A stretch of DNA of 64,000 bases. It comes from Trichosphaerium sp. ATCC 40318 (lineage: Eukaryota; Protista; Tubulinea). Position 1 is the stretch's first letter. Each line of letters opens with the position of its first letter. Below the pieces are notes generated by a model. That model was not told the origin of the DNA. It was given only the letters and a program-made list of their open reading frames with translations, and did no database searches. The stretch is from assembly GCA_038496445.1 (NCBI GenBank), contig JALMLS010000179.1:439608-503607 (forward strand). The letters run 5' to 3'. This document shows positions 12,529 to 24,935 of the stretch, piece by piece. The position numbers and the translations under genes are program-made.

Positions 12529-14168
12529 CTACATGTAGACTTTGATAATACTCGTTATCTGTTTTCGACAAATAGGACATGTGTCGTTCCCAGGGCGGTT
12601 TCGAAAAGCATCAGCACACATGCTGCAAAATGTGACGTGTCCACAAGGAACACATATACGATCAGCCAATGCATCAAGACAAACCTAAACGAACCATTAA
12701 TTTTTCAATTCAAAAAACATGACTGTGAATGCGAGCTGTTTTCAGTAAAAATAAGTATGAACCAATGCACCACTGAGCGTTGGGTCTTGAGAGAAAAGGA
12801 TAAAAAAAGTTTTAAAGATGTATGTTTAACGTAAATGACAAGTTAAAAAACCTTTTAATTCTGTGAACGCCTAAGCTTTGCTTTGGCTTTTGTTTTGATC
12901 TACAACAACCGATTCGATTTCAAAAAAAAGTTCACGTACTCTACATGATTGTGGTCCTCCTTTTGCGTCTTCCATTTCTCTCAGTTTCTTTGACTTTGCT
13001 AAAGACAGATTCTCAACAACACATTTGGCCTTTAAAATCTCTGCATCAAGCTGCTCTAATGTCATTTTACTATAATCTGGTACAATTGGTATTGCTACTG
13101 CGTTTGCTACTGCGTTTGCTGCTGCTGCCGTTGCTGCCGCGTTTATACGCTTAGCGTTTGCCAGTTGTTCCATACATGCGCCTATTTGTTGCTTTTGAGC
13201 GCCCAGTTGGTGTTCTTGAATCTGTATTGTGTTTTGTAGATTTTTGATCTGTTGATTAACTTGATCTCCAATTTGGTGTAAACGTGCTTTTAGAGTATTA
13301 TTTTCAGCTACAGTATAATAAGCTCACCGATAGGCACGATTTAAAACTAATCTAACAAGAATAACCAAAGTTTTTTGTTTCGCGCCAAGAAGTCCCAAAC
13401 TCGTACCTTTTTGCTTGTTGTACTGGGCTTCACCTATTGTAAACCTGTTTCTCTCGTTTTGAAGCCTTGAATTCGCTTCTTTTGCCTGTTGTTTGACATC
13501 ATTTAACATTTTATCTTTTTGAGCTAGTTGGTCTTTCTTTTCGCGTATTTCTCTGCTAAGAGTAATGTTGTCGTCTTTTACTCTAGCCAAAACGTTCTCA
13601 ACTTCAACACGTTGGTTTCGCAAGCGTTGTGCTTCTTGAAGTAACGCTTCGTTTTTGGTTTGAAGCACTTGCTGTAGAATAAATTAGGTCGATTCAAAAC
13701 AATTTGATTTAACCGCACAATGAATTCTACTACTTCGTTGTCGGGCCTTTGCGATGTTTCCACTGTTCTAGCAGGGCTATTGAATCTTGACAAAGTTGGC
13801 GCTAATAGCAAAGCATTAGTTTTGCTAAAAACTGTCCTTGTACATGGAGCCATATCGTGTGGTGTGGGACTAGGGAATCCACGACCAAAATGGCTTTGTT
13901 GTGGAGGAAAGGGCGCAGCATTTCGTAATGGTGTTTTAGGCTTAGCGCGTAGTATACGCCTACTCTATAAGATGTTAAACAATTCAGGTATTTAGATGAG
14001 GATTGTTTTTCAAATCGCAAATACATACACGAGACGTGTCAGGGCTCATGGACGCTAAGTACGTAAGTTTTAGGTCAATTATTGATGCTTACAGTGAAGA
14101 GGTGGAGCAAATCGTTGATGAGCGCGTGCTGGTGACCCTCCGTATTCTAGTTGTCCCAGGTAGTCCAT
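12529..14168 (-). CDS. Coiled-coil protein with C-terminal C3HC4 RING finger (probable E3 ligase)
   Basis: Spliced C-terminus CR/VCLDALADRICVPCGHVTFCSMCADAF..CPICRKQITSIIKVYM-stop; long Q/E/K-rich coiled coil; start MDYLGQLEY. Confidence 0.8.
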
Positions 14169-14400
14169 GCTGTGAGGCCAATGCTAACAAATATGAGCTT
14201 TTGGGTTTTTCCACCCAAAAACCGCAAGTTTTACTCGTAGTGATTGAAAAGTCCTAATTAGAACCAAACAACCCCAATATAGAAGTTGTTTTGTTGCCCC
14301 TGTATATCGCAATGAACAATAGAAAGCAAAGTTGTGGAAACAATATCATTTTTGAGAATCTGCTATGCGATTGCAACTGTTTTTTGTTTTTACAATAATT

Positions 14401-16135
14401 TTAGTTTACATTATTCTTGAGATAGGTGCTATAAGCTAACGATACAGTGAATTTTATAGCGTTCTTAATCAGCGCCTCAACAATACTACGGTTTACAAGA
14501 CCAACATTAGATTCATAAAGGAAACTGAATGTCAATTCCTCCTCTAGACTAACAATATATTGTATCTTTTTTGACTTGTCTGAGTTTGTTTCTATAACGT
14601 AAACATTGTACACTTTATCACTGGTGCCTTTTGCTTTTTTACCCCAGCTACCTCTCTTAACAATTTTTATATCAGGATTACCTTCTAGCTTCTTAACATA
14701 ATCAGCTGCAGTCTTATTCTTGATGCCTTTTGTAAAATCAAGACGATCTATGATTAAAAAAATCCAGATTAATTTTTGAAAGGGAAAAAAAAATCCAAGT
14801 CTTTGTTATGTGTACCTATTACTTTATCACAATACTGTTCTAGAGGCGATATCATTATACCTTCAACTTTCCCTTGGGTCCATTCCCAAGGATACTTGCA
14901 CTTGCAATCAAATTCTACTCGAAGAGTAAAGACAATGGATTTTTTTATGTTGATAACAGTTGTGAACGTACTTCCGGCGAGTGTGAATCTACCATAATCC
15001 GATATAAGTTTACCAATAGGCTTAACAACTAGAGACTTCGAAATTGCTTCAAAAATATCATTTTGCTTATTCTTTGTTGTAGACCAAGTTTGATACTGTA
15101 ATATGAACCTAGAAAAAAGTTACACAACCCACATACTAATCACATACACTAGTTTCGCTTCAGCTTCAATATACATTATACTCTCTTCTATAACTTGTTC
15201 ACCATCATTATATATAATGTTTGCTGCATACGCATCACAACCTACTAACGTGTAAGCAGTAAAAAATTATCCTGACATTTACCACTAATTGCAATATCAC
15301 ATTTACTAAACTCCTTGACTGTCTTTGCGCTCGATAGTTTACTAACATACGATTCGTGCCATTTTTCAACGCCATGAGCCATAGCCTCAAGCTTGAGAAC
15401 GACTCTACATACATAATAAGCGAGTAAAGGATAGAAAACTTCGTTTACCTGTCAACTACTTGTTTTTTAAGTTTTGTAGCATAAGGAGATGTAAACACTG
15501 TGGAGTCTTTAAAAGGTTCTGGATCTTCGCTTGACGTATGTTTGAGTGAACGTGATAAGGTTTGCATCCAAGAAACAGGATAAGAAACGGAGAAATGTGG
15601 CATCTCATAAACCGACCAAGCTTGCTCTATATTAAACAATCTTTAGACAACAAGCAATTATATTTTTTTGTGTCACCTTGAAAGAATGCTTCAAATTCGT
15701 CAAAAGTTATTTTCTCGTCGTTGTTGGCGTCAATCCTCTTAATAAGCATTGTGATGTAGTCTAATATGTCGAAAATAGTTAAGATCAAAAAGATCTATGC
15801 ATTTTTACCTGCTCTAGAGTGTTCCCTTCGCTGCCACGGCGCGTCTACACCTTGACATTGACCTTTGTCCACTAAACGCATGAAGTCTTTTAAGAACACG
15901 CGAGCTTCTTGTCTGTCTAGATTACCGTTCTACACATTGAATAAATAGGTTTCGAAAGAATAAAGCTATTAAGGGAAAAACACCACAAAGGATGTAATAC
16001 AACGTATGTGGGGTGTTATATGCAGTGTAATACCTTATCAGCGTCGTATTTGGAAAAGAGTTTTTTGAGAGACTCTAGCGCCGTTGGATCTATTAGAACT
16101 TTGTTCATAGCATCTTTTCCGTTTGTTTGACCCAT
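14401..16135 (-). CDS. N-myristoylated EF-hand protein with possible PsbP/Mog1-like C-terminal domains (3' end approximate)
   Basis: MGQTNGK start; EF loops YDADK/NGNLDRQE and IDANNDEKITFDEF; two F...YP..W motifs downstream (FSVSYPVSW, CKYPWEW). Confidence 0.6.
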
Positions 16136-16494
16136 TTTATTGTGTAGTATCTTTTTTGTAGTTTCCGATTCTGTACCGAACGTTACTCTGTAATTTTACG
16201 TAGATGCGCCACTCGTTCGCGTATGAAATACTTCTGGCTTAATTCAAGCAAACAGGCGTTAGTCATAATACGTAAATGCTTCACTCAGAACAAACAGTAC
16301 AAATCTACTCAGCCACGCGTGCTTATAGCGATTACGCCAGCGAGAGCAATACTTCCCTTTGGGGCAGTTATTGAAAGGCGTTTTTAAAATCAGTTAGTTT
16401 TGCCCGCCTAAATTTTTGCCGGTTAAACATCAAAGTTAGCTATTCATCTACCGCAACAACTCTATCCATACAACCTTTTATATCTTTATATACA

Positions 16495-18511
16495 ATGCTC
16501 TCAACCTCTATATCAGAGATTGCATTCAAAACACCTACAAAGAGCCCACCACACAACCATACACACTCACACGGGTTTAAATCACCAAGAACACCACGAG
16601 ACCGCTCACGTAATACTCCTGGAAGTCAGAGAAAACGGCGACGTACACCCAAGTCTTCACCCGCTATAGATCGTTTTATACCCAACAGACGGTCTATGGA
16701 TGTAGATTTGTGCCATTACAACCTGTTAAACAAAAACGAGGAATCTGGCGTTGCTGACACCTCCCTATCACAAGAATACTTCAAAGAGCGCCTCGCTGAG
16801 TCTATTCTACACGAATCGTCAACTAAAATTTTACGTTACAAGCCACGAGCCCCTCGGCAAAGTAAAGACTCTAGAAACATGCGTGTACTATATTCTCAGA
16901 AAAACGACGCATCGACAGCACGTTACATAAACCCTAAACCAGAAAGAATACTCGATGCCCCTCAAATTCTCGGTGACTACTACCTGAACCTTTTGGACTG
17001 GGGAAGTAATAACTGTGTGGCAATTGCCCTCGGGCAAGCGGTTTTCATTTGGAACGCTGAGCGAGAAAACGTTGTAAAGGTACGCCACAACTCTGCTTCA
17101 CACTTGTTTAACTTTCTTGCTGTTGTAAAACGCGTAAACCACTAACTTTTCTTACAGCTATGCGAGTTACCTGATGATACATTCATATCTTCGGTATCTT
17201 GGGCTGGCGCAGACCCAAATTACCTAGCAGTGCGTATTCGACTTGTTTTATCTAGAACTCGATCTCAGTTATTTGCTTTAGGTCGGCGATACCGACGGAA
17301 ACGTTAGGATTTGGGATGTAGTGCAAGAGAGATCGCTTAGGTATACATTAAAGACTCTCTACCAGGGTTTCTTTTGCTAATACTCTTTTTAGAACCCTTC
17401 GAGGTCATGTTCAACGCGTATCATCTCTATCATGGAATGCACACGTCCTAACTACAGGCTCACGTAAGTATTCTGAAGGTGGTGATTTTTTGACATTTTT
17501 AATTGTTTTGATAGGCGATTCTAATATATTCAATCATGATGTAAGAATGCGTGATGGCTGTATCTCTAGATTTGACGGGCATTCACGCGAAGGTACGTTT
17601 AAAGAAAATTTTGAGAAGGCGCTTTTATTTTTCTGATTTTCTGTTTGTTTAGTATGCGGTTTGAAATGGTCAAAAGGAGGTCGTTTAGCTTCTGGCGGAA
17701 ACGATAATCTTTTGAACATTTGGGACGCTAGGTCTACCATACCTATGCATACTTTTACTCATCATCAGAGCGCAGTGAAAGCCCTCGATTGGTGCCCTTG
17801 GCAAACAGTACGTTCTCTTAGTATTCCTGTTTTTTTCCTTTTTTTCTTTATTGCAAAACCGAACTTTACTATGATGATACAACGACGGTCTTCTTAAGTA
17901 CCTTGAAGAGGAAACTCTAACCCATAAAACGCTGATATTTTTCTACATACGCGACAACAACAAAAATAAAATAAAACCTCTCCTAATGGTTTTTTGTAGA
18001 ATTTGCTGGCATCTGGGGGAGGTACGGCGGATCAAACGATTCGCTTCTGGAATACCGATTCTGGCACTTGCCTTAACATGGTTGATACACAGTACGATTA
18101 CAATAACTTTCTTTTTTTTTTGAAACACTTTGCAACGAGTACTGAAAAACAAATAGGTCCCAAGTTTGCTCGATCAAATGGTCGAGGACGAACAAGGAGT
18201 TAGTGTCGAGTCATGGCTTTTCCCATTGCCAGCTCGTTCTATGGAAGTATCCAACCATGAGCAAGATTACAGAGTTGAAGGCCCATACTTCTCGTGTCTT
18301 GTATACAGCGTTAAGTCCAGATGGAACACAAAGTAAGTCTTATAAAATTTCTTTCTTTTTTCTTGTTCTAATTGGTTTTTTTCTAGTATGCTCTGCTGGC
18401 CCTGACGAGCTATTGTGTTTCTGGAAGGTGTTTGATTACCCTTCACACCTGTCCACTCCCAAAAAAGACAAAAATCGAAGTCGCAAAGGCTTGAATCTCA
18501 ATATCCGATAG
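16495..18511 (+). CDS. CDC20: APC/C activator Cdc20/Fizzy
   Basis: C-box DRFIPNR, KILR motif, [16 protein letters not shown]40 repeats ([28 protein letters not shown]), C-terminal IR tail; eight introns. Confidence 0.92.
17866..17940 (+). ncRNA. Intronic box C/D snoRNA, predicted snR73/U35(SNORD35)-type guide
   Basis: Box C ATGATGA 17871-77; guide ACGACGGTCT 17882-91 complementary to conserved LSU rRNA AGACCGUCGU; D' CTTA 17893-96; C' TTGAAGA 17903-09; D CTGA 17932-35. Lies in the unusually long CDC20 intron. Confidence 0.8.
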
Positions 18512-19163
18512 TAAGCGCTACAAACGATTTACAGTGTCTTGGTCTAACAACAAACTCAGATTGTATTTTGACCCTGAAATACTGGATTGAACTTCTTTGT
18601 CCCCACATGTCGTGTAGCGCACCTTCACACGATCACGTAATATGCTTTAAAGACCCTTCTTTGTTTAGCACTCCCGAGTCATAAACGACTACACCACAAA
18701 ATAAGGTACGACCCTTGGAATGTTTTTTTTTTGATGGTCAAATACTAATTTTTTTTTCCCTTTACTCGTCTCGTACTTGGTGGAATTAAAGACCATCTGT
18801 CGCTGCCAAAATTGTTTGGCCTGCACTGTTTGTATCATGGTATTTGGTACTTTAATGCTATATTTATTGGTCTTGTTTAACTGTATTCTAGGTGAAGGAC
18901 ACTCAGACAAGCACTGAAGTAGAAATGTTTCTTGAAACAGATGTCAACCCAAAAAAAGCTTGTGAGCAAATAAAACAAAAGAAAAGCCAATGGCTTCCTA
19001 TGTAACCACTAAAAAGAGTCAGTTTTTGTTGGCAAAAAACCCGAGTTCTGATTGTTTTGCAAGCCCAACTGGTTGAGACGAAACAAAAACAATCATGTTC
19101 ATGGCAAAGTTTTTTTTATTTTTTCGTTTAGCTGTGATTGTACTCTCATTGCATCAAACAAGC

Positions 19164-20042
19164 TTATGAAATTGTACAACTAGTACTTTTGGACTTTTCT
19201 ACTAATCTACCATCGTCATGCCAACGTTTGGATTCTCCTTCACGTTTATTGTCAACATAATTGCACTGAAACTTGAGTCTACCATCATAATTCCAACACT
19301 TCATCTCTCCTTCTTGCTTACCATTTACAAAATAAGATTTCTTCCTCATTTGGCCGTTTTCATGCCATGCTATACATTCACCATCCAATTTACCGTCAAC
19401 AAAGTGACACTGCTCACTCAACTGACCTGTGCTAAGCCAATGTTTGTACTTTCCATTTTTTTTATCATTTTTAAACATTGCATGTTCCCACAGCAGACCA
19501 TTCCTATACCACTTCTTATACTCTCCTTCTATTTTACTATTAACATAAATACCTCGGCATAGTACTGCTCCATCATTCCAATAAAACGTAAACTCTCCTT
19601 CTCGTTCACCATTAACATAAAAACACTTCAAATACAATTGTCCATTTCCGTACTGCTCTAAGTACTCTCCTTCTTGCTTATCGTTTACATAATAGCTACG
19701 CATACTTAATTGTCCATTGATGTACCAATCCTTATGCTCACCATTACGTTTACCATGTACCCAATTCTCCTCTTTTTGAAGAGTTTTCGATTTTGAGATT
19801 CTTACTTTTTGGGCGTTGTTGTGTTGTAGCCATTTTCCATGTTTTTTTAACTCACCATCAAACCTTGAAGTAGTTGCCGTGTATTTCGAAAGAAGAGGCC
19901 ACGTTTTATACACTTCAAAGCTTAAATCGATAATATACAAGTGTAACTCTACTGGAAGGTCTAATATGGAACAATATTTCGATTTTGAGGTATTAGGAGT
20001 TCTGGTAGTACCGGTGTTCTTATTTTTTTTGGTTTTCCTCAT
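19164..20042 (-). CDS. Intronless F-box-like + MORN-variant (YwqK-like) repeat protein
   Basis: SILDLPVELHLYII N-terminal motif, then about eight 24-aa repeats of Y.NGK.EGE...WY.NGQL. Confidence 0.85.
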   Translation of the reverse strand: MRKTKKNKNTGTTRTPNTSKSKYCSILDLPVELHLYIIDLSFEVYKTWPLLSKYTATTSRFDGELKKHGKWLQHNNAQKVRISKSKTLQKEENWVHGKRNGEHKDWYINGQLSMRSYYVNDKQEGEYLEQYGNGQLYLKCFYVNGEREGEFTFYWNDGAVLCRGIYVNSKIEGEYKKWYRNGLLWEHAMFKNDKKNGKYKHWLSTGQLSEQCHFVDGKLDGECIAWHENGQMRKKSYFVNGKQEGEMKCWNYDGRLKFQCNYVDNKREGESKRWHDDGRLVEKSKSTSCTIS

Positions 20043-20323
20043 GCGGTTAGGATCTGAAAACTTGATTTAAAATGAACTTTGGCGTGACTTAACGTACAAA
20101 TTCTGTCTTACTTCTTCTTGCAGTGTATCGTATTATCACACCAGAACAAGGCAAGACTTTTTAGGGGTAGACATGCTTTACAGCTCTCACAAGCCTGGTA
20201 CAAACATCTTTTTTTTTTTGAAGACTTGGTACTTCACAAGATTGCTTTGGTGTTTTGCCTACATCCAAAATTCGAGATAGGCACCATCATAAAAATTTAG
20301 ATGAAGACAGAGTGTTTTGTTTA

Positions 20324-22308
20324 TTAGTCATAGCAAGCTTGTGCTTTCTCATCAGGCAATTCAATAAACATTATATCAAGAGGCTTCAAAACCAAAGGCG
20401 AGGCATTATCTACTTGTATCCCTTCTATTACTGGTAGGCTCATTGGTTTGTATACCAACGTTTTACCGTTCAAAGATAAAGTAGTACCACTAAGACCTTG
20501 ATTTGGTGATAGCCGATATTCTGTTCTTGACTTTCCAGAAGAAGAAGAAACATCAACATCTATTGAAGTTTTGTTATCCAAGTTTAGAAGTACTACTGAG
20601 ACGCCGCCCTTGATGTTCTTACTACAATGAGCATATGCTCTCAAGTATGTCGAACCAGCAACGGATGTATCTAAAACACCTTTACCCATGAGTCTTGACC
20701 AAAGGTATGCTCCATAGTAATCTGGTAGAGGTGTATGAGTCATACAATCAACCATTCCGTAATCAGCTCCAATAAAGTCTTGCCTACAAAAAGCACTGTA
20801 ACCAGCAGCAGCTTTAGATCCCTGTAATAACATTATAAGACGATTAGAACTATATTGAAGAACGGCCTGTTTGCGCTTTTTCACTTGTACACGTTCTTTT
20901 AATGGTTTCACGGAACCAAAGAAGTGTAAAATTTCAATGATTGATGGGTTGCGTACCATTGCATCCAGATACCAAAAAGTGTCCGCGTAGTTTGCCCAAC
21001 GCATCGAATCATGCGAACAAGGAGGTGAACCACCATTATGAGGGCCAATTTCACCTGCCCATGTCTCAGCTTCTGGGTAATGTTGTTGAACTGTTTGATA
21101 AACTTTATCACCGATGTTTCTTGTAATATCAAGTACACTTGGATCGGTCGTTGTATTTACCTCCACTTCAATATACTCGTGGTGCGTGATAGCATGTATA
21201 TCCAATTTACTTGTCTTTGCAGCGTCCATAAATCCGGCTAACCACGTAGTATCCGGATCTTTTACAAAAATTTAGTCATGTAAGAAAAATATAAGATTGA
21301 CGCTTTCTGCTTTAAATGCAGAACAACTCAATTCTAAAATTCACAACATACTATCTTTATGGTAACCATGAAGATCAGGTCCAATAATTTTAGGGCGTGT
21401 GGTAGCATCTGGATAGAGTTCTTCCAATAATTTGACCAAGATTAAAAAGTCTTCAACTTCCTAGCGATTCTTAATTTAATCGCCTTTTTACAACAACAAT
21501 GTACCTTTGCTCCTGTGTACCGATAATTTTCTTCGTTACCAAGCTCGAATCCAAAGAATTTGTAACCCTTCTGGATAGAATACTCAATGAGTGATCGAGC
21601 GTTTGTTGGGTCCCATTTATCATTTGCTGTACGTTTTTGAAGGTTTATACCGAACACCATATCTAAACCGGCATCCTAAAAAATCAGTTATTAATCACTG
21701 TGGAAAATTGCATGCAAGTTGTTTCACGTGCTTTAGAAAACCCGTTTAGATTGTCCCACCAAGTGCTATTCAAGCAATAACCCTTACAAGTGGTATTGCC
21801 GTCTACGTTATAAGTCAATTCATCGTTTCCTGTTCCTCCTACCTACAACAAATGTAATGCTTGTTTGCTACACTTTAATATGAATACAAGTTGTAGAGGT
21901 ACTCACGCGCAGGTATGCAGGTGCTAGTTGCTTTGCTAAGTATCTAAGGTTGTTGTCAGCTAAATTTCTATCGAAAAAGCCTCTATTGGCTGAAGTGTCG
22001 ATGTTGAAGCCTAGAGAAGAAATTAGCACAATAAGTAAAAAAAGAAGAGTATTTGGAATATTCAACTAGCACAACTAACACGTGCGTACTCGCAAAATTG
22101 GCTGAAGTTTTATGCTTTGCGCTATCAGTTGAGAACTTTACAGTAACTGTAGAGGCGGTAAACGCGCCTAAACAAAATTATTAGAGTTAGAGTAAGTACA
22201 CTCGTACTAGTGGTATTTTTTGTTAACAACTATGTTATGACAACCGTTTACGGGTTACTACGTACAGTAAAGCGAAATGGATAAAATGAGGATACACAAG
22301 CGCATCAT
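20324..22308 (-). CDS. Heparanase-like glycoside hydrolase family 79, secreted
   Basis: Signal-like MRLCILIFIHFAF; PAYLR/VGG, FELGNE (acid/base), WAGE (nucleophile), RQDFIGADYG, PLPDYY..LW.RLMG..VL, LRAYAHC. Confidence 0.9.
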
Positions 22309-22649
22309 GAAGTTAGAATACTTAGGATCGCTTGCGAAGTGTAAGGTACCACGTTTTCTTTAATATTAGGCTGGTAATCAACATTAGTCAAGAATGACAA
22401 TGGTAAAAATCTTACTCTGACTTCTATCAGTTTTTCTCAATCGCATAATCGCCGTTTCCCTTACCATCTTCGCATGTCTACGTTAACACGTGACGTGCAG
22501 TAGTAATCATAATTGGACCTATGAACTGGACAGACTCCATTTCGTGTGCTGCAGTGTAAGGTTAAGAATCATGTTTGTTATGTGCCGAAAAGGATATTTT
22601 GAACATCTTTGTGTACTAAATTACTTGGTTTATTCACCTGGGACACCCA

Positions 22650-23663
22650 CTAAAAAGTTGTACTGTTCTCCCACACTTGTCTCACGTTAATATTGAAACG
22701 TACAGCATCACCTTCCATCCATTTGGCACAGTCTTTCCACTCTTTTGGACTTTCTTGTTCATTCAAGTATGATGGTACTGAGTTCTCCATGATACGTGCA
22801 ACACCATGAAAACAACGTCTCGAAGAACCTGCCATTATCACTGTATCACCACTTGAAATAAAAAACGCTGTAGGCTTTGTTTTCTTTGATTCTGATCCAA
22901 GAAGAAAAATAACAGTTCCACCAAAACTACAACTTACAATAGGTTGAGAAAGGTCTTCTTCTGAATTATCTTGGTGTCCACCCATGACATGCTTAAGGCT
23001 GGTATAGTAATTGACAGTAATTGCTTGTGGGATGTAAGGAGAAGTGGATTCCAATGATTCTTTCGGTACAAAAGTCGCAAATTGTTTGGCAAGATCTGAA
23101 AGGTCTTGAGGCATTTCTCCTCGCTTTTCTCTACTATATTCTCTTTCTGTCCATTGAAAGTGGTACCCCATATTCACCCAACGTATGTGATCCTTTAGAT
23201 CATGTGTAATCTCTTTAAAACGGTAGTGCGATTCAGGAAAGTCAGCTTCTTCTTTAGGTTGTTTCAGTTTTCTAAGAGACGAAACATTCGTTGGGTTATT
23301 GATTGGAAAGTCTCTTACGCATCTCGATATCCAATATCGTTGTTGTGCAGGCGTGAAGGGATTTGGAATGAAATAAAATCCAGGATGGTCACGCAAGCCG
23401 TACATTTCTATTTTGGTTACATCGAAGTACGTTGAAGCTGTGATGCTTGATTGTGGTATAGGGACTTTAAATATACCTCTCGAGTTACCTGGAGCATAAT
23501 CCTCTGGTTTTAGCTTACTAAAGTTTATAACATCTTCAAAAGAGTTTTTTGTGCGTTGAATGTTTGCTCTACGTTCTCTGCGAGATTTTGGCTCACTGTA
23601 GAACTTGTAAAACTTCTCCGATTCTCTAAAGGCGTCTGACGCCTTTGTTTTACCACTACTCAT
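22650..23663 (-). CDS. ALKBH1: AlkB homolog 1 (Fe/2OG dioxygenase), intronless
   Basis: RWVNMGYHFQWTEREY, VNYY..MGGHQD.SE, SGD.VIMAG.SR.CFHGV, RFNINVRQV. Confidence 0.9.
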   Translation of the reverse strand: MSSGKTKASDAFRESEKFYKFYSEPKSRRERRANIQRTKNSFEDVINFSKLKPEDYAPGNSRGIFKVPIPQSSITASTYFDVTKIEMYGLRDHPGFYFIPNPFTPAQQRYWISRCVRDFPINNPTNVSSLRKLKQPKEEADFPESHYRFKEITHDLKDHIRWVNMGYHFQWTEREYSREKRGEMPQDLSDLAKQFATFVPKESLESTSPYIPQAITVNYYTSLKHVMGGHQDNSEEDLSQPIVSCSFGGTVIFLLGSESKKTKPTAFFISSGDTVIMAGSSRRCFHGVARIMENSVPSYLNEQESPKEWKDCAKWMEGDAVRFNINVRQVWENSTTF

Positions 23664-23883
23664 TAACAGCGTTGTGTAGGAGTGAATTAGTTGTATTAAA
23701 TAGTCTATTTATCCCTAATAAAGCAGATAAGAATATGTACTCGATTGGTTAGCAAAATAATGAAGTCACAAGCGTTTAGAGGAAGTTTAACAGAAAAATA
23801 AACAACTTTATTAACACGCCTTAACAACACCAAAAAATTAAGTGTAGCTATTCCAAAAAGAATTTTACATCGTCGCAGTGATG

Positions 23884-24842
23884 CTACTTTTTAAAGTCAT
23901 GGTTATCTGTGGACAAAACTTCATTTTCTATCTTTTCCAAGTCATCATAAACACCTTTTTTAACAGCTTTTACCAAATCAGTGAACAAAGCACCAACTTC
24001 AAAAAGTGACGCTTGATGCTTAATAGCACCCAATAGCCAACCCTAAAAAATGTCAAGACGCATTACCATGTAGAATAACAAGCGCGGCTAGGTACCTTGA
24101 TGTCCAAACACAAGATGAGCGTCACATGACATTTATTTTCGCCCAAGAATTTAACAACAACTCCTGACAAGTAGTCTAATCCTCTAACTGTGCTTTTTAG
24201 CGATGGGTACTTTGCTGATTTTGCAATTGATGATGACCACGTGTGCCACTCATCATTTACTTTCTTCGAAGATCTTAATTGAATGAAATCACGGGAACTA
24301 ACTGCACCGCCAAGAACAGGAAAAGATTTTGTTGTGACTACATCACAATCAACTGTTGTGTCATCCATTGGCACAGTAAATTCATCTAAGTACCTGTAAG
24401 TTATAACAAAAAAACGTACCAAAAACATACCTTCAAGAACATAGAACTTTTCTAAATTGACATCCCTAAAAAAACATTTTGTTAGGAGTGAAAAAAGAAG
24501 CGGAAAAATAGTATTAGCGGCAAAGGTTACGAACCACTTCAAACGATATTTTGGTACTAGATGGAAGTAAGCAAGCTTATTTTATTCATGTGAAATTCCT
24601 GTACCTCCATAGCATTTACATACTAGTTCTGGGCTGGCTTCCATCTCGCCTTCACATTTGTACCAAGTGTAAGGATGTTTACCAAATTTCGCTGTAGATA
24701 TCGTAATATCACTCTAATCTTCATTAACATGCGATCAAACGCTTAAAAACCGAACCTTGGAGTTGACAGTCCACTTTTGAGCAAGCATGTCGTGCCATAG
24801 TGCCCACTTATCTTTTACAGTTTGCGAGTATGTTTCTGCCAT
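23884..24842 (-). CDS. START lipid-binding domain protein
   Basis: Spliced ORF from MAETYSQ; AVSSRDFIQLR, VRG...SGVV and LDIK/GWL are START-typical motifs. Confidence 0.75.
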
Positions 24843-24935
24843 GTTGTGGTAATGTTGTAACCAAATCAAGCAATTGAAAAAGTGTACTTGACTTTGTTTG
24901 AATTTGATTGCTTAGATTGAGTTGACGTACACGAA

